32,000 nt of DNA from an uncultured Actinomycetes bacterium. Lineage in GTDB: Bacteria > Actinomycetota > Actinomycetes > S36-B12 > CAIYMF01. Below, piece after piece: positions 27,018 through 32,000 of this stretch. The stretch is from assembly GCA_963843975.1 (NCBI GenBank), contig CAWJMG010000003.1, positions 990,001 to 1,022,000 of the forward strand, in the 5' to 3' direction. The notes under the pieces were generated by a model. That model was not told the DNA's origin and did not search any database. It was given only the letters and a program-made list of their open reading frames with translations. A program made the position numbers and the translations under genes. Position 1 is the first letter of the stretch. Each line of letters opens with the position of its first letter.

Positions 27018-27512
27018 CTACTCGCCGGCGTACGCCGCCTCGAGGGTCGCGACGTCCAGCCTGCTCATCGCGAGCATCGCCACCATCGCGCGCTGGGAGC
27101 CCTCGGGGTCGGCGCCGCCGAGCAGCTCGTACAGGCGGGTAGGCACGATCTGCCAGCTGACCCCCCAGCGGTCGACGAGCCAGCCGCAGTTGCCCTCGCG
27201 GCCGCCACCTTCGATGAGGCCGTACCAGTAGTGGTCGACCTCCTCCTGCGAGCCGCAGGACACGAGGAACGACGACGCCTCGCTGTGCGCGAACTGCGCC
27301 GGACCGCCGTTGAGGCCCATGAGCTCGCGGCCGTGCAGCGACACGGTCATCGTGAGGACCTGCCCGGCAGGCACGCGCGGCACGCCCTCCCCCGCGCGCG
27401 AGGCGTGGAGCACCGAGGCCTCGCCGTACGCCGAGAAGAGCTCGACGTAGCGCGTGAGCGCCTCCTCGGCGTCGCCTTCGAAGAACCAGAGGCACGGCGT
27501 GAAGCCCGACAT
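27018..27512 (-). CDS. VOC-superfamily protein (PhnB / 3-demethylubiquinone methyltransferase-like domain)
   Basis: MSGFTPCLWF...QEEVDHYWYGLIEGGGREGNCGWLVDRWGVSWQIVP is typical of the PhnB-like family. The ATG at 27512 has AAGGGA upstream. Confidence 0.8.
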   Translation of the reverse strand: MSGFTPCLWFFEGDAEEALTRYVELFSAYGEASVLHASRAGEGVPRVPAGQVLTMTVSLHGRELMGLNGGPAQFAHSEASSFLVSCGSQEEVDHYWYGLIEGGGREGNCGWLVDRWGVSWQIVPTRLYELLGGADPEGSQRAMVAMLAMSRLDVATLEAAYAGE

Positions 27513-27588
27513 GTGAGATCCCTTCATCGACCGGTCCTGGACCCTGTCAGCCTAGGTGCCGCAGCCGACCACCGGGGTCGGACGACCG

Positions 27589-29137
27589 CTACCCGATGAC
27601 GTCGTCGTGACCCAGCTCGTCCGACGGTCCGGGCCCGCGTAGGGCGACGACCACCGCCACCGCGACGAGCACTGCCGCGGCCACGATCACCGACGAGCTC
27701 ACGCCGTCGACGAACGCCGCCTTGGCCTGCTCCACCACCGCGAGGGCGCCGGGCGCGGCGTCCGCCGGCACCCGGGACACGAACGCGATGGACGCCGTCA
27801 CCGCCTCGGCCATCTGCGGCGGGAGGCCGGACGCCATCGAGGCGACGCCGTCGCGGTAGGCGCTGTTCAGGACGCTGCCGAGCACCGCGATCCCGAGCGC
27901 CGAGCCGAGCTCGCGCGCGGTGTCGTTGACGGCAGACGCGACGCCCTGCTTGCTGGCGGGCAGCGAGCGGACGATCGCCGTGGTCGCAGGCGTGCCCGCG
28001 AGCGCCATGCCTGCGGCGAAGAACAGCAGCCCCACAACGAACCAGCCGTAGGCGATCTCCACACCGAGCCGCGAGATAACACCGAAGCCGATCGCCATGG
28101 AGACCAGGCCGACGGCGCCGACGGCGCGGAAGCCGAAGCGGTCGGCGAAACGTGGCGCGATCCGGGCGAGAGGGATGAGGACGAACGGCATCGGCAGCAT
28201 CGCGGCCGCGGCACCGAGCGCCGAGTAGCCGTTCACGAACTGGAGGTACTGCATCACGATGAAGAAGAAGCCGAAGGCCGCGAAGAACTGCGCCGTGAGC
28301 GAGAGCGAGCCGATGCCGAAGCCGCGCAGCAGGAACAGCCGCGGGTCGAGCATCGGATGCTCCTTGCGCAGCTCGCGCAGGACGAAGGCGATGGCGGCGA
28401 GCGTGCCGGCGACGAGCGCGCCGAGCACCCACGCGTCGGTCCACCCGGAGACCGGCGCCTCGATGATGCCGAACACAACGCCGGCCACCGCCACGAGCGA
28501 CAGCAGCGCGGACAGCCAGTCGAGAGTCGGCGGATGTGGGTCGCGGCTCGTCGGGATCACCACGAGCGCACCGACGAGCGCGACCACGGCGAGCGTGGCG
28601 TTGAGCACGAAGAAGCTGTTCCACGAGAACCACTCCAGGAGCAGCCCCGAGGCAAACAGGCCGATCACCGCACCACCGCCGACGACGCCTACCCACAGAC
28701 CGACCGCCTTGGCCCGCTCCTCGGGAGGGAACGACGTGGTGATGATCGACAGCGTTGTCGGCATGACGAACGCCGCCCCCACGCCCATCACCGCGCGGCA
28801 CACGATCACCACGGTGGGATCCGTGGCGAGAACGGCCGCCGATGCGGCGAGGCCGAAGACCACCAGGCCGCCTATCAGGGTCCCCTTGCGGCCGTAGCGG
28901 TCTCCGACGGCGCCGGCGAACAGCAGGAGCCCGGCGAAGACGACGGTGTACGCGTCGACGACCCACTGCATCTCGGTCTGGGTGGCGCCCGTCTCCACCG
29001 CGAAGCCTCGGGAGCGCGACGTTGAGCCCGCTCACCGCGGACACGACCATCATGAGCGACAGCGCGACCACCACGAGCACCGCGCGGCGGCGGCGCGGGT
29101 CGGTGACGACGACGCCCGCAGGGACGGTCTCGGTCAT
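27589..29137 (-). pseudogene. MFS drug:H+ antiporter (DHA2/EmrB-like, 14-TMS type), frame broken by one extra base near 29006-29007
   Basis: The ATG at 29137 has AGGAGG upstream. TM1 reads MTETVPAG...RRRRAVLVVVALSLMMVVSAVSGLNVALP in one frame. The rest (..VETGATQTEMQWVVDAYTVVFAGLLLFAGAVGDRYGRK...) is in another frame as the 469-aa track ORF. Removing one base gives about 515 aa. Confidence 0.85.
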
Positions 29138-29146
29138 GACCCCTCC

Positions 29147-29168
29147 TAATTCCACGTTTGTGGAATTA
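29147..29168. promoter_or_regulatory. TetR operator candidate: perfect palindrome TAATTCCAC-GTTT-GTGGAATTA
   Basis: 9-bp arms in the only AT-rich patch of the MFS/TetR divergent intergenic region. It sits immediately upstream of the MFS SD. Confidence 0.65.
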
Positions 29169-29240
29169 AACTACGACGACCGCGCCCGACGTGCAAGCAC
29201 CGTGCGCGCGGGCGCCGCTGGCCTGGGGAAGGATGGGTGC

Positions 29241-29870
29241 GTGGCGACGACCGGTTCGGACAGTGGCACGGCGAGCACGGGTGCGCCTCGGCGACCGGGC
29301 CGACCGACCGCGGGCTCCCCAGACCGGCGCGAGGCCGTACTCGCTGCGGCGCGGGTCCAGTTCTCCGAGCTCGGCTACGAGCGCACCACGGTCCGCGGCG
29401 TGGCCCAGGCGGCCGGTGTCGACTCCCGCCTCGTCACGCACTACTTCGGCTCCAAGCAGCGACTGTTCCTCGCCGTCGTCGAGCTGCCCGTCGAGCCGCG
29501 CGACATCCTCCCAGGCCTGATCGGCGGCAGCGACGACCCTCCGCACGCCGTCGCGGGGTTCCTGGCCGCGCTGCTGGACTCCCCGGACTACCGGCAGGTG
29601 TCCACAGGGCTCCTGCGGGCCGCCGCCTCCGAGCCCGAGGCGGCCGACGCCGCTCGGGCGCTGCTCTCCGAGCGGCTCCTGCTGCCCCTCGCCGAGGCCA
29701 TCGGCGCAGACCAGGCACCGCTGCGTGCCTCGCTGCTCGCGTCGCAGATCGCCGGCCTGGTCCTCGCTCGTTTCGTGCTCGAGCTCGAGCCCGTCGCGTC
29801 GCTCCACGGCGAGGACCTCGCCCGGATCCTTGAGCCCGTCGTGCGGCACTACCTGCTGGACCCGCTGTGA
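29241..29870 (+). CDS. TetR/AcrR family transcriptional regulator
   Basis: GTG at 29241 with GGAAGGA upstream. The HTH region is REAVLAAARVQFSELGYERTTVRGVAQAAGVDSRLVTHYFGSKQRLF. It is divergent from the MFS gene. Confidence 0.87.
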   Translation: MATTGSDSGTASTGAPRRPGRPTAGSPDRREAVLAAARVQFSELGYERTTVRGVAQAAGVDSRLVTHYFGSKQRLFLAVVELPVEPRDILPGLIGGSDDPPHAVAGFLAALLDSPDYRQVSTGLLRAAASEPEAADAARALLSERLLLPLAEAIGADQAPLRASLLASQIAGLVLARFVLELEPVASLHGEDLARILEPVVRHYLLDPL

Positions 29871-30619
29871 CGACGTACTCCGTGCGCGACGGCGCGGGTG
29901 CACGCGAGCAGGTGCCGGTCGTCGTGAGCCTCCACCTGTACGGCGTGAGCGGCCGCGGGGTCGGCAGCGCGCTCGTGCACATGGGCCGCGACCGCGGACG
30001 TGTGCGGCGCATGGAGGGCGTGACCTTCGCCAAGCTCCTCGGCACGGGCGACGGCCGCACGTTCACGATGCGCGACGCCGACCTCGGCCACTGGGGCGTG
30101 CTCGCCTGCTGGAGCGACGCCGACGGCCCCGCACGGTACGACGACTCCGACGTGCACCGGTCGTGGAGCGGCGTCGCGCACGAGCAGGCCCGGTTCCTCC
30201 TGCGCCCGTTGGCATCGCGCGGCACCTGGGCCGGGCGCCAGCCCTTCGGCGACCCTCTTCCCTCACGCTGGGACGGCCCCGTCGCGGCGATCACGCGCGC
30301 CCGGATCAAGCCGTCGCAGTGGCGCACGTTCTGGGCCGCGGTGCCGCCCGTCTCGCTCGACCTGCGTGCCGTCGACGGGCTCGACTTCGCGATCGGCGTC
30401 GGAGAGGCGCCCGTCGGGCTGCAGGGCACGTTCAGCTGCTGGTCGTCGGGCACGGCCCTCACCGAGTTCGCGCAGCGCCGGTCGCCGCACCGCGAGGCGA
30501 TGCGTCGCACCCATGAGACCGGCTGGTACGCCGAGGAGCTCTTCTCCCGGTTCGCGCTGGTCGACGTGCGCGGCGACTACGCCGGCAGGCCCGTCGAGCC
30601 GGTCACGCCGACGGCGTAG
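29867..30619 (+). CDS. CrtA-like (spheroidene monooxygenase family) protein
   Basis: 250 aa. Its GTG overlaps the TetR stop (GTGA). It has two related halves. FAKLLGTGDGRTFT...WGVLACW and AAITRARIK...FWAAVPPV...AIGVGEAPVGLQGTFSCW...WYAEELFSRF resemble Rhodobacter CrtA as I recall it. Confidence 0.62.
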   Translation: MTTYSVRDGAGAREQVPVVVSLHLYGVSGRGVGSALVHMGRDRGRVRRMEGVTFAKLLGTGDGRTFTMRDADLGHWGVLACWSDADGPARYDDSDVHRSWSGVAHEQARFLLRPLASRGTWAGRQPFGDPLPSRWDGPVAAITRARIKPSQWRTFWAAVPPVSLDLRAVDGLDFAIGVGEAPVGLQGTFSCWSSGTALTEFAQRRSPHREAMRRTHETGWYAEELFSRFALVDVRGDYAGRPVEPVTPTA

Positions 30620-31142
30620 CCCCGGGCTCCGGGTGCCGCACGTGCGGGTCGAACACGACGTCCGCGGCGAGCGGTGCGAACGGGTCGCGCGCACGTTCGA
30701 CCACGACGGTCGGCAGCGGCGCCCGCCGCTCGGGGGCCTTGCGCCAGGTGTCCTTGAGCGCCCACACGACCGCCGGCAGCGCGGGGATCAGGAAGAAGAA
30801 GTTGGTGAAGGTCACCCACGCCGTGAAGAGCAGGATGACCGCGGTCGTGACGCTGCGACCGAGCGGTCCGAACGTGATCGAGCTGCCGCGCACCCGCTGG
30901 CCGCGCGGCTGGTCCCACTGCAGGGGCTGCACCGTCGGCGGCGCCGTGGTGAAGCCCACGGGCTTGGCCTCGTACGGCGTCGGCACGTACGCCGCCGGCA
31001 CGGCCTCGGCCTCGTGGTCGAACTCGCCCGGCGGCGTGATCGGTGGGGTCTGCGGGGCAGGCGCCGCCTGAGGCGGCGGCGCGTCCACCCAGCCGTGGGC
31101 GTGCAGGGTCCGCGGAGGCCCCGGCTGCTCGTGCGCTCCCAT
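30603..31142 (-). CDS. Hypothetical membrane protein (Pro-rich N-terminus, TM hairpin)
   Basis: 179 aa with high GC3. The hydrophobic segment is TTAVILLFTAWVTFTNFFFLIPALPAVVWAL. Its 3' end overlaps the convergent gene by 17 nt. Confidence 0.55.
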   Translation of the reverse strand: MGAHEQPGPPRTLHAHGWVDAPPPQAAPAPQTPPITPPGEFDHEAEAVPAAYVPTPYEAKPVGFTTAPPTVQPLQWDQPRGQRVRGSSITFGPLGRSVTTAVILLFTAWVTFTNFFFLIPALPAVVWALKDTWRKAPERRAPLPTVVVERARDPFAPLAADVVFDPHVRHPEPGATPSA

Positions 31143-31239
31143 GCCTCAGGCATCGGCGTCCGGACGGCCCGCCTCAACCGGCTCCCACGGCACCACCCGG
31201 TCGGACCAGTCGGCGCGGTCGCGTAGGGTCGCCCCCGCA

Positions 31240-32000
31240 ATGAGCGTTCGCGTCTACTCGGGCCCCCACGCCGACCGTCGTCGAGGCGGTGGCGGGTCGT
31301 TGCGCGCCCTCCCGTGGGTCTTCGCCCTGCTCACCGTGCTCGCGCAGATAGCCTGGCCGCTCACCTCGGACGGCACGCGCGACGTCCTCACCGCTGTCAC
31401 GGTGGTGCTGTTCTTCCTCGCGAGCGCGTCGCACGCGCTCATCGCGCGCGGGTTCCTCTGGGCCCTCGGCTGGTTCGTCATCAGCGCCGGGATCGGCCTC
31501 GCGGTCGAGGTCGCCGGCACCCGCACCGGCCTCCCGTTCGGGTCGTACGAGTACGCCGACCGCTTGGGCCCCATGGTCTTCGGCGTCCCCGCCGTCATCC
31601 CGCTGGCCTGGGCGATGATGAGCTACCCCGCGCTGCTCGCGGCCCGTCGGCTCACCACCGGCCCGCTGCTCACGCCGGTCGTCGGCGCGGTCGCGCTCGC
31701 GAGCTGGGACCTCTTCCTCGACCCGCAGATGGTCGGCGAGGGCCACTGGACCTGGAGCCAGGAGGGCCCGCAGGTGCTGGGCATCGACGGCATCCCCGCG
31801 CAGAACTTCGTCGCGTGGCTGCTGGTCTCGCTCGTGATGATGCTGCTGCTCGACCGCCTCCCGCGTCGTCGCAACGACGGCGCCGAGGGCGACGGCGTCC
31901 CCGCCCTGCTGTTCCTCTGGACCTACGCGTCGTCGGTGCTGCTCAACGCCGCCTTCGTCCACCGCCCGGGCGTCGCGATCTGGGGCGGCGTCGTCATGGG
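31240..32000 (+). CDS. Carotenoid-biosynthesis-associated membrane protein (PF04240/DUF422-like), 3' end outside the window
   Basis: My translation from the ATG at 31240 is MSVRVYSGPH...LPWVFALLTVLAQIAWPL...GTRTGLPFGSYEYADRLGP...ASWDLFLDPQMVGEGHWTW.... It stays open to the window end, so it is absent from the ORF track. Confidence 0.72.
   Translation, partial: MSVRVYSGPHADRRRGGGGSLRALPWVFALLTVLAQIAWPLTSDGTRDVLTAVTVVLFFLASASHALIARGFLWALGWFVISAGIGLAVEVAGTRTGLPFGSYEYADRLGPMVFGVPAVIPLAWAMMSYPALLAARRLTTGPLLTPVVGAVALASWDLFLDPQMVGEGHWTWSQEGPQVLGIDGIPAQNFVAWLLVSLVMMLLLDRLPRRRNDGAEGDGVPALLFLWTYASSVLLNAAFVHRPGVAIWGGVVM

Noticed and set aside
30603-30619. 17-nt convergent overlap of the CrtA-like gene and the hypothetical membrane protein gene
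   Set aside because: Short 3' overlaps of convergent genes are common in GC-rich genomes and stop positions are unambiguous. I do not consider this informative by itself.
1-32000. Search for CRISPR arrays, IS/transposase genes, integrases, rRNA or tRNA, and phage genes
   Set aside because: I found no spaced direct-repeat arrays, no terminal inverted repeats flanking a transposase-like ORF and no recombinase motifs. The only tandem repeats are the short ones reported (15-nt x3, 9-nt x3, 8-nt x2).

Overview
Very GC-rich chromosomal window with actinobacterial gene content and codon usage. A Nocardioides/Propionibacteriales-type origin is only a guess. Nearly every long ORF in the track has an antisense shadow ORF, so I called genes from conserved motifs, third-position GC bias, Shine-Dalgarno (SD) sites and start/stop coupling. 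Layout: (1) 1-7.6 kb, minus strand, holds the proximal division/cell-wall (dcw) cluster mraZ-[53-aa ORF]-rsmH-ftsL-ftsI-murE-murF-mraY'. Four junctions are ATGA start/stop overlaps, and a sigma70-like promoter is embedded in 10-bp-periodic GTGG repeats that are candidate MraZ operators. (2) 7.8-9.7 kb, minus strand, holds a three-gene set: standalone cNMP-binding protein, 23-aa-repeat protein and RDD membrane protein. (3) 9.8-13.5 kb holds an HNH protein, a MaoC dehydratase, a patatin lipase and a FetA/FetB-like ABC exporter. (4) 13.7-18.4 kb, plus strand, holds a MoxR ATPase, a DUF58 protein and a transglutaminase-like membrane protein. (5) 18.5-26.3 kb, minus strand, is the most interesting part. 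It is a damage-inducible-looking cassette of small protein (DUF6504-like), HEPN-like protein (R-x4-H), DnaE2 and a catalytically intact Y-family DinB, followed by DUF3040. A LexA-box-like site lies upstream, and no imuA/imuB is present. (6) 26.4-32 kb holds a YbaK-like deacylase, a VOC protein, a DHA2-type MFS exporter divergent from a TetR gene (perfect palindromic operator), a CrtA-like monooxygenase, a Pro-rich membrane protein and a truncated PF04240-type carotenoid-associated membrane protein. Four genes (dinB, HEPN, ybaK-like, MFS) each carry an apparent single extra base in a short G/C run. All four lie in the right-hand 10 kb. I found no rRNA, tRNA, CRISPR array or transposase/IS element.
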